A stretch of 64,000 nt of DNA from Paramecium tetraurelia (taxonomy: Eukaryota). Made by a program: the position numbers and the translations under genes. The stretch is from contig CT868463.1 of the NCBI GenBank assembly GCA_000165425.1, positions 310,001 to 374,000 on the forward strand, written 5' to 3'. Under the pieces are notes generated by a model. The model saw only the letters and a program-made list of their open reading frames with translations. It ran no database searches and was not told the DNA's origin. Shown one piece after another: positions 1-11,964 of the stretch. Within the stretch, counting starts at the first letter, position 1. Every line of letters begins with the position of its first letter.

Positions 1-51
1 CAAATAAAATTCTTATGTTAATTTTTTAATTCATAATTTAAATAATAAAGA

Positions 52-1074
52 ATGAATACCAATGACATAATTTATTAGTAATAGCAGGAGTAATAAGAAA
101 GAAAACCAAATTTTATAGAAAAGTTGTGTTCTTGCATCTATTATTTTCGCAAGAAATCTAATAAAACGAATGACAAGTATCAACTTGGAATTGACACTCC
201 AAAATCACATGTATAAATGAAACATATAAATATGAGAGCAGAAAAGTATGCGTTCTAGATTTAGATGAAACACTAGTCCATAGTTAATTTAAAGCAGAGA
301 ACGATCATGATTTTTCGCTAGATGTAATAATCTATAATATATTAGATCATAGTGTAAAGTCAATTATTTAAAGTTTATGTGACAGTTAGACCTGGTGTTG
401 AAAACTTTATTGATACTTTAAGCGAATATTTTGAAGTTATCATGTGGACTGCTAGTTTGAAAGAATATGCAGATCCTGTTATGGACATTATAGATCCCTC
501 ACGAAGAGCTTTGACTAGATTATATAGAGAAAGTTGCACTCCTATTCAAGGAGGATTAACCAAAAATCTAAGCAAACTGGGGAGAAACTTAAAGGATGTC
601 ATAATCATAGATGTAAAAGAATTGTTCACTGTTAGAATTCCTAAATGTCTTTTATATTTTAATAAGAGAACGGATATTTGATCAAAGATTTCATTGCAGA
701 TAAAAATGACAACGAACTAGAGACTCTATTACCATTTCTTATTTGGTTAAGTTAGGTATTTAATATTATGAAATATTAAGTAAAATGATGTTCGTCCAGT
801 CTCTTAATTATTTAAATAGTATTTTATGAATGAATCGATATAAAGAAAACATTCCAAAAGACAGATACTCTCATAATCCATGATTTTGAATAATCAGAAC
901 AGCAATAAAAAGTTGGATACCAAAGCCCAAAGAACTCACACTGTTAATCATTGTGATATAGAGGAAATCGAATTGAGAGCTGAAGCAAATATAAATTCTC
1001 CTAACATTGAGATGAAACTAAATGATTAAACTGATGATGAAAGTCGTGAAACATTTGAAATAAGTAATTGTTGA
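52..1074 (+). CDS. CTD small phosphatase-like (FCP1/SCP, NIF-domain HAD phosphatase)
   Basis: VCVLDLDETLVHS motif near 246-284, then VRPGVENF, WTASLKEYADPV and LYRESC; several tiny introns; TGA at 1072-1074. Confidence 0.92.
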
Positions 1075-1540
1075 TTTTAATTCACTATCTAATCACTCTA
1101 ATTCCCATTAAATTAAGTTATAATAATATTAACAATCAATTATACCAATATTTTATTAATCTATTATAAGCACCACATATTTTATGTTATTTTGAATAAT
1201 ATAATGTAACTACATAATTATTAATAATAAAATCACATAATAAATCTAAGTGTTTATTATTATATAAAAATTAACTGAAAATAAATAAAAAATATGTACT
1301 TGAATAAATTAAATAAGTCTTAACAATTGGATTTTCCTACTTATTAAATAAATTACTAAACCTCAATTTTAAGAATAATAATTAATATATCTGAAAAAAT
1401 ATAGTATTTATGAACATCAAATATAAGATTTGATACTGACTGTCTTAGCTAAGGATGATTTTATTTTTAATATTGAAGAATCTAATATACTTAAAATTGA
1501 AAGTATTTGATCAATTATTTATAATATAACTAATTATATA

Positions 1541-2949
1541 ATGTCTTCTTTTACGGGATTTCTTGTGAAAAAAACTATACAAGATTATCCAATCAGATAA
1601 CAATTAGGGTATTACTAGGATTTTCAGAGATAGAACTTGACTCTCTACATAAATAAAAAGCTTGCAGATATGAGATGTATAACAATAATAAATTAGTGTC
1701 AAATGGCACAAACTCTGTCAATGCTAAAAGTTTAGTTAATTTAAACATTTAAACAAATATTGATACACCAAATAAAGTGGGTAATTTTAGAAGAAGGCAG
1801 ATTTCATAATAGGAATGTTAATCGCGACCAAAAACCTCTTATCATAAAAAATAACATAAAGTTTAACCAAAACCAGAATAAAAGGTTGCATCCCTAATAA
1901 ATGACGAATTGATGAAATAGAATTCAACTAGTTCCTTGTATCAGGAATATAAAATGGCCAATCTCAAGGCAAACCTTTAAAAATTGCAAGCCCAAAAAAA
2001 ATGCAACCTAATCGAACTCAATCATGTTGAATTGGCTGATGATGAATAAATTAATTATTATTTGACTGAATTATGTAAGTAGCATCCCGAAGTGGATATT
2101 GGCAAGCTGTTGGATGTGGACGTAGAAAAAGTGTCATTGATCCATCATCAAGACAAGTTGAACGAGTTAATAGAGAAGAGGATAAATTAAGAGGAATTCG
2201 ATTAATTACTAAGCAAGGATGAGAAAACAAATTTGGTCAAAGTCTACAAAGAATCCAGGTATGATCAATTCGAACCAGAGTACAGTAAAAAGAACAAATT
2301 AAAAATGACTACGTTTAAAAAATAAAAAGAGATTTAGGATAAATTATTTGCTTAAATATTTGAGGATGAAGTTCAAAATAAAACTCAAAAAGTTGACATG
2401 AACAAATTTTTCAGAGCTCCACCCCAATAAATATCAGGTAAGATTAAAAGAAGATCAAATTATGCTATTAATTCCAAACCTTTATCTCATAGGTAATCTC
2501 CTGGAGTTAGCCATTTCGAATCAAGACCTTAGACTGCCTTAGGTACACATACACAATCCTAGACATTCTTGACGACCAAATAAAAATGGGATGGTAAAGG
2601 TGTTGATCCTGATACTTAATAATAAATGCAAGATATTATTGGATATTGTATTGAATTAGAGGATGAACAGAAAAAGGAGAAGAAATAATTTAAAAGAAAA
2701 ATGAGGAGAATGGATTAGGAGATATAACGATCAGTGAGAACAGTATCAGAATAATTTCATAATTAAGACAAATAAACTATACAACATGAGGAATTCAAAA
2801 AGTTTTAGAGTGAAACATAATTCAAGAGAAAACTTATTGGGTTTTTGATGAATCAAGTTGCTGATAAAAATGAGATTTTGAGTTAGAAAGCACGAAAAGA
2901 ATCAACTAGTAAATTTATTCATAAAGTTTCAAAATTATCTAATGAATGA
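1541..2949 (+). CDS. Hypothetical protein, K/Q/E-rich and coiled-coil-like
   Basis: Long code-6 open frame from ATG 1541 to TGA 2947-2949; no family recognised. Confidence 0.7.
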
Positions 2950-3043
2950 TGAAATATAATTAAATTGCTTTTATCATTTCTTTAAATTTATCAAAATTTT
3001 TAAGAATATATTATTAGATTAATTTTACCTTTTGTTGACTAAA

Positions 3044-3762
3044 ATGATACCTTCAGACAACGAGGAATAATTTTCTCCGTATTCTCAGTTGAATATTATA
3101 TTTATATTAAAGACATAAACTTAAGAGTATCCACTTTGATCAAAAACCAAAAGATTTATCAAAAAAATATGCTGTCATCGATCAATCAAAGAGGGTTTTA
3201 TTGTTGAAACGGATTCTATCAAGAGAGGCAACGATCAAAGAAGCGGCTAAAGAGTTCGGTGTGAATTTTAGTACAGCCAAAGCAATTTTATCAACATATA
3301 GAAAAGAAGGTCGAATAGGAAAGAAGAAGACAAGGGAGAAACAAAAGAAAGAGAAAGAACAAAAATAATATAGTCTTAGCAATGAGCGAAAGGTTTAATC
3401 CATGTATGATTTAGAAAGAGATGTATCACAGAAATAAAGAAGTTTTTCTCCTGATTTAAAAGTATACATTAACTAATTATAAATCACTAGTCAATTGATT
3501 AACATATAACAAACAGTCTACTACATCAACATTAGTTATTGATTTCAAAAACTACTCAAAATATCATATCTACTCAAATTTTAGAAGAAAAGAAAGTATC
3601 TATTGCACTTGCTAATTGTAAAAGGGAATTAGAAAAATAAAAATTCCTTAATTTGCAACTAGTCATGATGATTTCCGTAACACTATTGTCATTTATGTAT
3701 AGTCTCTTTAACAGAAGATATTGTAGTACTAAATGCCCTTAATCAAAGAAGAACTAAGTTGA
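3044..3762 (+). CDS. Helix-turn-helix protein (psq/Tc1-IS630-type HTH), putative transcription factor
   Basis: KYAVIDQSKRVLLLKRILSREATIKEAAKEFGVNFSTAKAILSTYRKEGRIGKKKTR; no DDE domain follows. Confidence 0.7.
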
Positions 3763-3826
3763 ATGGTTATTTTATTTTATAATATTATTTTTATATTATA
3801 ATTATTTTCAGTCTTATATTAATTCC

Positions 3827-4746
3827 ATGAAAAACCATTTGCTTCTCGTAAATGTGAATGAAATGGACCTAATTATAGAAAACAATAATTAACAAGGAGC
3901 TCTATGGCTAGGCAATCTAAGAGCTGCTTAAAATATTACAAAATTGATAGAAAACAACATCAAAACAGTGATAACAGTAGCCAATAACCTTTTTATAAGT
4001 TTTAAGCAGAATTTAAACATACGACACAAAGTATATCTTATTATGAAAGTCAGATTTTTAAGGTTGAGGATTCAGAAAAAGCTTAAATCATCAATCATTT
4101 TGAAGAGATCAACAATGAGATTCTGAATGGATTAAATCATGGCTCAGTTTTAGTACATTGTGTTGCAGGGATTTCAAGATCAAGTGCATGTGTAATTGCC
4201 TTCATTATGAAAACTCATAAATGGACTTATGAAAAGACGTTTTATTATGTAAAAGAGAAAAGACTAGTTATCAACCCTAACAGAGGCTTTAAGAAATAAC
4301 TTATTTAATATCATAATATACTGTAGTCAGAAATAAAACCTTAAAATAAACCCTTCATAGAATGCGATGGTTACTAATTAGGAAAGATAAATTCTTGGAG
4401 CAAATTGCATAAAAAAAATGTTCAAAACCCACAGGAATTAATCAAATAGCTATCTTAAAATTTGATTAAAACTCCTGTGAAAAAGATTGACTAATTAAAT
4501 CGTACTTCAACTCCAGAAGAAAGACAGATCTATCGATAATAATTAGCAAAAAAACTATTTGTTAATACTTTTGCAAATAAAAGCACTGCTTCAATCTCAC
4601 ATTATTCAAATGATAATTCAGTTCTAAAATAAAAATCCTCTGATTAATAGACTGTTAAAATCAAAGCTTTCCTAAGCATGTACAAAAAGGTAGATATGAG
4701 TGACATGCAATCCGATAGAATTAATTTTGAAAATTACTCATAATGA
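3827..4746 (+). CDS. Dual-specificity protein phosphatase
   Basis: GALWLGN, catalytic VLVHCVAGISRS (about 4147-4182), KRLVINPNRGFKKQL. Confidence 0.93.
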
Positions 4747-5161
4747 TATTAATATCAAAGATATCAATATATATTAGTTTAGGATAAAATAAAAAATTGA
4801 GTTATCATTAAAATCTTAAGTTAAATCATAAAATATAGAAATTGCAATTTAAACTTTTGACTAAATAGAAATTTCTACTATTAATCAATACTGAATTCTC
4901 CATTTATTTAAATGTGTTTTGATTTTAAAACAAAATTATCAATAATAACTAATGAATCTCCTTGAAAGTTGCAATTAGTATTTTATTCTAAATATTTAAT
5001 TGTTCTTTCACACTAAAAACAAATTTTCAGATGTATAACTATATATCACACAGAAACACACTCTCTATTGAATCAATAAATTTTGGTTATTTTTCTTCTT
5101 TTTAACAATGTTTTAATTTTGAAAAAAGTTTATTATACTAATTATATTTAAAATTAATTAA

Positions 5162-7997
5162 ATGAAAAAGTGGCTATAGAAAAAATTGAATTAAGGCCTA
5201 TCCGATGATTAAAATAAGCATAGACTAACTAGAAAAGAAAGATATATGAGAAAATATTTGAATTCTGAAAAGTGCTATAATTATTGGGAGATTATGACAT
5301 CCAATAATCTAGTTTAAGTAAATCAAAATAGAGAATCATAAGGATTTATTAAACAAATTAAAGAAATCTTTTAAAATCCTGAATAAATCTTTGATGTTGA
5401 ATTGCAATAAAAATTAATGGAATTATATACACTATAAGAGGATTAAACACCAGTATTGGCAATATTTGCAGTTGGATTTCATCATAAAAGAGGATCAGAA
5501 ATTGAATACTCATATCCAGAATTATCATAATTGACAAATGACATGGAAAATATAATCAACACCGTGACAACTTGTGCTTTGCCAGATGCTGTCCATAATG
5601 CTAATGAAGACTATTTATATTTTAATTTCGATGCATAAATAAATGGGCAGACCAAGCCATTGTTTGGTGTAACATGCTTCAAATAGATTAAAGTAACAGA
5701 GGAGTTAAAAAAGTAAAACCCAGAATTAACCAGAAGCCACATCTAAAAGGCCATCTGCTTGTTGTCCTTTGTACCTCTCTTTGGGTATATCAAGAGTAGA
5801 TTGGAGCCTACAATATAAGCATACTTTTAATTGTAGGACTTTAAAGATATGTCAATTTTAAATTATGCCTTTGATAGTATATAATAAACTTTTGATTTAA
5901 AGAATGTAGAAATCTCAGCATTATATACAGATACTAATTTGATTGGGTTGTTTTGGATCTTTAAAGAGAAAATATTCAAAATCCTTAAGGCAGTTTAATA
6001 TTAGTTGAAAATAATTATATACTCTTAATCTTCTAGTGTTTGTTCTAGATTTATAATCAGTGTATTATCTCTAATTCCAGGTTTGTTGAATTTTAATATG
6101 TAATCCAAGTAATCACTCATATAGGTAATACAATTTGTTATTCTAAGGAAAGTTACTTGAGTAATTTTGGTTTGCCCTTTAAAATATTTACTGAGAACTA
6201 TAAGTTATTTATGCATTTTAGTGTGACAGACCTAAATATGTTGTAAAGCAGCAATCTTAAAGGCTATTTGATTGGAACAACAAGTAAATTTATTAAGGGT
6301 CTCAATCAATTGAATCCAGAGATTATTATTGATGTTGACACAGGCGAACTAAATATCTTGAAAGAGCAGTACAAGAAATTATTAAAGTAATGTTTTTGTA
6401 TAATAAAGTCTTAAATTAACTGAAAAATAACTTTACAGTGCCATTAATACAGATTGTTTAAAAACATTGGATTAAAATTAATAGGACTAGTTAAGAAAAT
6501 TAATTCCCATTCAAAATCAAAAAATCACGTTTCAAGGTAGTGAGGATTGGATAAGAAAAATAATTCATGATCATTATATAAAAGTGCTATCTGAAATTAG
6601 CTCCTTTGTTATAAATTTATAAACATTTGATGAAAGGATAAATAAATTGACTGCAATTAGAACTAGAAAGAGTATGATAATTAAATAAGAAATAAGTCCA
6701 TAAGATGTAATATTAGAATCTATAATAAAAAGAGCTCTGATGATGATGATAATGAATCTTAAGACCCGCATAAATTAGAAATAAAGAAGCATAAAGAAAA
6801 TTTGGTTGAAGAATTAAAAATCAAGGAATATCGTAATATGCTCTACGATCTAATGAGAGTGATAAGAAAGCACAATAGAAAAGGAATCATATATTGGATC
6901 ACTAAAACTGAGAATGGACTCAAATGGTTAAAATCCTTTGATTATTCTATCATCACAAATTCTGAATGTTTCGATAAAACTACAACAGTGCCATTCTACA
7001 AAGTGTTTGAAAATGCAGACATATTTATTGGGAATATGCAATATGGTGGACTAATAGAACTATTTTAAAAAAGAGTCTACGTAGGCTAAATTCAGGATTT
7101 CCTTAAACATGGTTAAGGAAGATATGAAAAATTAATTGACAAGAGATTTTAATACAAGGGACAATTTAAATAGAACAAATTTCATGGGGATGGTATACTA
7201 ATAGTAGTAAATGAATTTTAATATAATGGTCATTTCGAGTAAATATCTCTCTTTTGATTTTAGAAATAATCAATTTAATGGATATGGTAATTTGTAAAAA
7301 GAGAATTAAATCTATGAAGGTTGGTTTAAAAATGGATAATATTGTGGAACTGGAAAATTGATATTGCCAAACAAAGATGTTTATGTAGGTTAATTTTCAG
7401 GGGGATTATTTCAAGGAGAAGGTCAATACGTTTGGGCTAATGGTGATATCTATAAAGGTATTTACAAGGCAGGGAAGAGACATGGTATGGGAATCTATTA
7501 AAGTAAGCATAAGTTTTAATTTACTATTAGCTAAATAATACACATATGAGGGAGAATGGGTAGATGATTTAAAGGATGGATTTGGTGTGATTACACTGCA
7601 AGAAAACAATTGCAAATACTAAGGATAATTTTAAAAGGATGAATTTGTTATAAATCAAGAAGTTATTATTAAATTTCCAGATGATAGCATTTATAAAGGT
7701 AATTTAGAGATTAATTATATAGGACAGATTAAAAATTATTAACCTCATGGAAAGGGGTACTTGCAATTTATTGATGGAAAAATTTAAGATGGTAATTTCA
7801 AGGATGGAAACTTCATAGACTAAGAAAAAGTTGAAGATAAAAATGAATAGGTTACTTTACATTAAGAAAATACAGTTTAGGAGTAAAATATTTAAACAGA
7901 TTCTTAATCTTAATCAAAGTAAGATCTTAATTAAGTAATCAACCAAAATGAGCTTTAGCAATAATAAATTGATGATAGTTACAATAAATCAATATGA
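5162..7997 (+). CDS. AVL9: AVL9/DENN-domain protein with C-terminal MORN repeats
   Basis: AVGFHHKRGSEIEYSYP, ALPDAVHNANEDYLYF, LFGVTCFKQI and RSHIQKAICLLS are AVL9-type; from about 7020 there are repeated YxGxFxxxxxHGxG MORN units. Confidence 0.85.
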
Positions 7998-8122
7998 TTA
8001 ATCATTCATTAATAATATATTTTTGTTTCAAAATAATAATTAAGCTTAATTTAAATTTCAATCTTATATAAAACATTATCTATTATTTATTTCAATTATT
8101 TTGGGTTATATCAAAAGTAAAA

Positions 8123-9401
8123 ATGTTTGACGTTTAAATCAAAATTCATCAGAAAGTTATATTTACATGTTGACTTATTATGAAGAGTTAATAATAATTC
8201 ATTAAAATGCAATTAACTTAAAAAGTTAAATAAACTATTAAGGCTAATTATGAACTTCAAGCCTGCAATTTGAATTCAAGACCAAATACAGATTGTATTA
8301 TTACAGCAAAAGGGGATAAGTATGAAAATAAAAGATAAATAGATTTGCAGTGGGGAGTTATGGTAATTCTGCTAAAATTTATCAAACAAATAATTGTAAA
8401 TTGCTGAGAACATTAAAAGGTCATAACAACGTGGTATATTCAATAGCTTTTAATAGTCCATTTGAGTAAATACATTTTAATTATTTTATAGCAATAAAAT
8501 TGTTACAGGATCATTTGATAGGAAATCTATGATCTGGGATGTTGAAACGGGTAAGTGCTAATAAGTTTTAAATAAACATACATAAGAAATTGTTTGCAAT
8601 AAATTCGATCCAACATCTAAATATGTTGCCACTGCTTCTATGGATCATACTGCAAAATTATGGAATGTTGAAACAGGGCAATTAGTGCATGACCTGGTAG
8701 ATCACACTTAAGAGGTGATATATTTAGATTTTAACAGTGATGGAAAATTATTACTTTCAACATCATTTGATTAAACTGCAAATGTAAATTTTAAATAGAA
8801 AAATCTAGCTTTATGATACAATAAATGGAAAATTGATAGCAAACTTTAAAAATCATCGTGGAGAACTTTCAAAGGCATTATTTAACAATACTGGGACTTT
8901 AATAGCAACTGTTTCAACTGATAAGTACTAGATATTTTTATGGAAGAACATGTTGTATTTGGGATATTCGAGCTGAAAAATGTCTAATATAACTGAAGAA
9001 TCATTCTGATGAGATTTTGGATTGCGATTTTAGTGCAGATGGTAATTATTAACAAATAATATTTTCAGGGAAGAAATTTGTAACAGCATCTGCAGATCAT
9101 ACAGCAATTGTGTATGATGTGAACACTTTTGAAATTTTAGGAACTCTGAATTAACATAAAGAAGAAGTATTGAAGGTTTTATTCTTGCCTGATAATTAGA
9201 GGGTAGTCACATCAAGTTAAGATAAGACTGCTTAAATTTAGTAAATATAATATTTCAATTAGTTCAATTTATGGATAGTGTTTGTAAAGTTTATAATATC
9301 ATCGAGGAGATATATATGGATTAGCTAAAAGTGATGATGGCAAAATAATAGTAACCACTGGTTAAGAGAATTAATCAGCAGTGTGGAGAGAATAAATATG
9401 A
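8123..9401 (+). CDS. WD40-repeat protein, DAW1/ODA16 (WDR69)-like
   Basis: [51 protein letters not shown]; several tiny introns. Confidence 0.85.
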
Positions 9402-9487
9402 CAATTTATTTATCTTATTTAAATGCAAGATTATTACTTAGTAAAACATAAATTAAAAAAAATCTATTTTATAGAATAATAGAATAC

Positions 9488-10208
9488 TCACTTAACTTCT
9501 CATTATTATTCTTGTTTTTATTGATCACCTTCCTTGGGTACCTATTCTTATTGTTGCACTTCCTCCTCTTAGTCCAAATCATCAATATTTCCTAATTAAA
9601 TAGACATCAAATCTACCAGCATTTGGTTCTTCTTAATCTTCTTCATCATCATCTTCTTCATGATGATGTCCATGTTCGTGATCATGCCCATGATCATGAC
9701 AGTGATCGTGACCATGATCGTGACCATGATCAAAATTTTAGAATTTGTTTTAATCCCAATCATCCAATCCTTTGCCTCCTTCTTCAGCCTCATCATCTTC
9801 ATCAATATATTTAGTCCAATCAACCTAACCATTATTGTTATGTACTCTACCTATAAATATTACAATTTGTGAGATTCCTTTATCAACCTTGTCCAATATG
9901 AAGTGGCTTTATCTTTCTTGGAGAGTATAAATCTGACATTCAATCCATAGTTTGTCCATTTACTTTCCTATAGAAATTACAATGGAGTGATACTTCAACA
10001 ACAACTTCACCAAAGAAGTTAATTTCGAATACGTAATTAACACCTTCTGCAGTTGCTGAAAACTTAAGTGAATTCGAAGTCAATTCAACTTTTTCACCTT
10101 TCAAATCTCTCACTTCAACTGTCAGAAATACATTGTCTTTTCTTTGAGCCCATTTCACTATCGGAGCACTTTTAAATTGAAGGATATATTTTACATGGTT
10201 TTTTACAT
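9488..10208 (-). CDS. p23: p23/Sba1 Hsp90 co-chaperone (CS domain) with a His-rich acidic tail
   Basis: APIVKWAQRKDNVFLTVEV and VDWTKYIDEDDE signatures; three tiny introns. Confidence 0.92.
9660..9731 (-). repeat. Coding (DHxH)n repeat
   Basis: 12-nt-period repeat encoding DHGHDHGHDHCHDHGHDHEHGHHH. Confidence 0.9.
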
Positions 10209-10306
10209 TATCACTTAATTTTATTTTATATCTAAAAAATTAGTTGAGTTATGAATAACATTTACAAATCAAACCTTCCAGAAATTACTATAAATATATA
10301 TTAAAG

Positions 10307-11508
10307 TCATTTGATAAACGAGATTCCTCCCAAATTTAAATTTGGTATCATAGTTCTTGTGTTTTTTCTATTCATTGAATTGACCCTGGTTTCCGCTGTA
10401 CTTTATAATTTACTGGATAACTCAACTCTACTTGATTTCCTTGGAATTTAGTATTCATCTTAAAGAAAACTATTTCTGGGAGGAGAACATAACGATATAT
10501 GAGATTTATGAGATGCTTTAATAGGTTTAACATTTGTATTAGAGATTTAACTAAACTAAATATTAAATTTACCTAGCCAAAGATTAATGAATTTTTTCCA
10601 ATCGATTTACTGTTATAAACTATGCTTGTTTAAACAGTCTACTTGATTCTTTTGTTAATTCACTCTCTACATCATCTATTTTTTGCTTTTGTGATATAAT
10701 TGATTACAAAATCCCTGTATCGAAGCTACTGAAAAATTGTTTATAAGCACTTGAAAAATCAGTCCATTAAAGAGGTAGTTTATATATTTCATCTTAAAAT
10801 TGCTTAAGGTGACTTTAATATTATTAATTTGTTTTGATAGTAATTTCATCAATCTGCTTCAATATGATTTTGAATTGCTCAATATCATTTTAAATTCCAG
10901 TTTGCTACTATAATATACTTTTAATTTCATCCTTCATTATTTGCATTTCTTTGATATCTATCTGGAATCCATCTTCTTATTTTTATAAATTAGTAGAATT
11001 CAGAGTTTCAAATCTGGAGATCTCATTCATAAATGCTTCTTATTTATCATCTAGATATAGATGCAAGGATTTAAATTCTGATTCAAGATCCTATTTAATT
11101 TTATTTGAGATTTCCCTTATCTTTTATCTATCAAATTAAATGACTCGAATATTGTCTAAACATTTTTCAATAGAGACATTTAGTCTTTCAATAAATGGAT
11201 GACCTTTAATTTACATTTAATCTTTTTGATTATTTTATTTTTTCGACGTAGTATAAGGCATGATAAATGGGGGTTAAATTAATTGTAATTTAGCTTCCAT
11301 CAAAGCATTAATAGTTTCATCATCTAGTAGTGTTATTTCGAAACATGTTGCACATTCAATCTAGCTTTCGTGCTATAGTAATGATAGGCAGTTTATATAC
11401 TTATTTAAACAATTTAGCTAAACACGAAAGGCAAAAGGAATGTTCACAATCTAAGCAAACGAATTTCTCAGGAACAGTTTAGCATTTCTCACATTCAATT
11501 TGATTCAT
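10307..11508 (-). CDS. C3HC4 RING finger plus coiled-coil protein
   Basis: CEKC...CEH.FCLSC...[intron]...CATC at the N-terminus, followed by a heptad-rich region. Confidence 0.8.
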
Positions 11509-11964
11509 ATTACTTTTTTTAACAACTTTATTTAATTATATAAATTATAACATTTCTGATGATTGTAACATTTTGGAACCACAAAAATTTGCAAAATAAA
11601 TTCGGTTATGTGTATTTGCACACTGAATTTGATTTGAAATATAAGATCATTTGGTTAGTTTATAATATTTGTAGAAAAATTAAGAAAATAAGAATATTAC
11701 ATAATCATGTTGACTTAAAATTTGTTGAACATACATTAAAATATTTTAAAGTGGCAATAAAATAACAATCACTATGATTTAAACTTAAGAAAACTATTTC
11801 GTAATTAATAAACCTTTTGCGATTGTGAAAAACAATGAAATGATCAAAATAAATAATAACAGGCACTAATCTTATCAAGCTAATTTAATGATTCCAAATT
11901 TTGAGATTTTCTATTTAATTATAAAAAATAAATAAAATTCAAACATCTATATAAGTAATTATGT

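Noticed and set aside
9596..9872. Three overlapping His/Met-rich ORFs in the ORF track
   Set aside because: They are alternative-frame and antisense readings of the p23 His/acidic tail
11557..11626. Possible C/D snoRNA (TGATGA...CTGA)
   Set aside because: The C box is preceded by C rather than a purine, there is no terminal stem, and I recognised no convincing rRNA-complementary guide. Such motifs are common by chance in AT-rich DNA.
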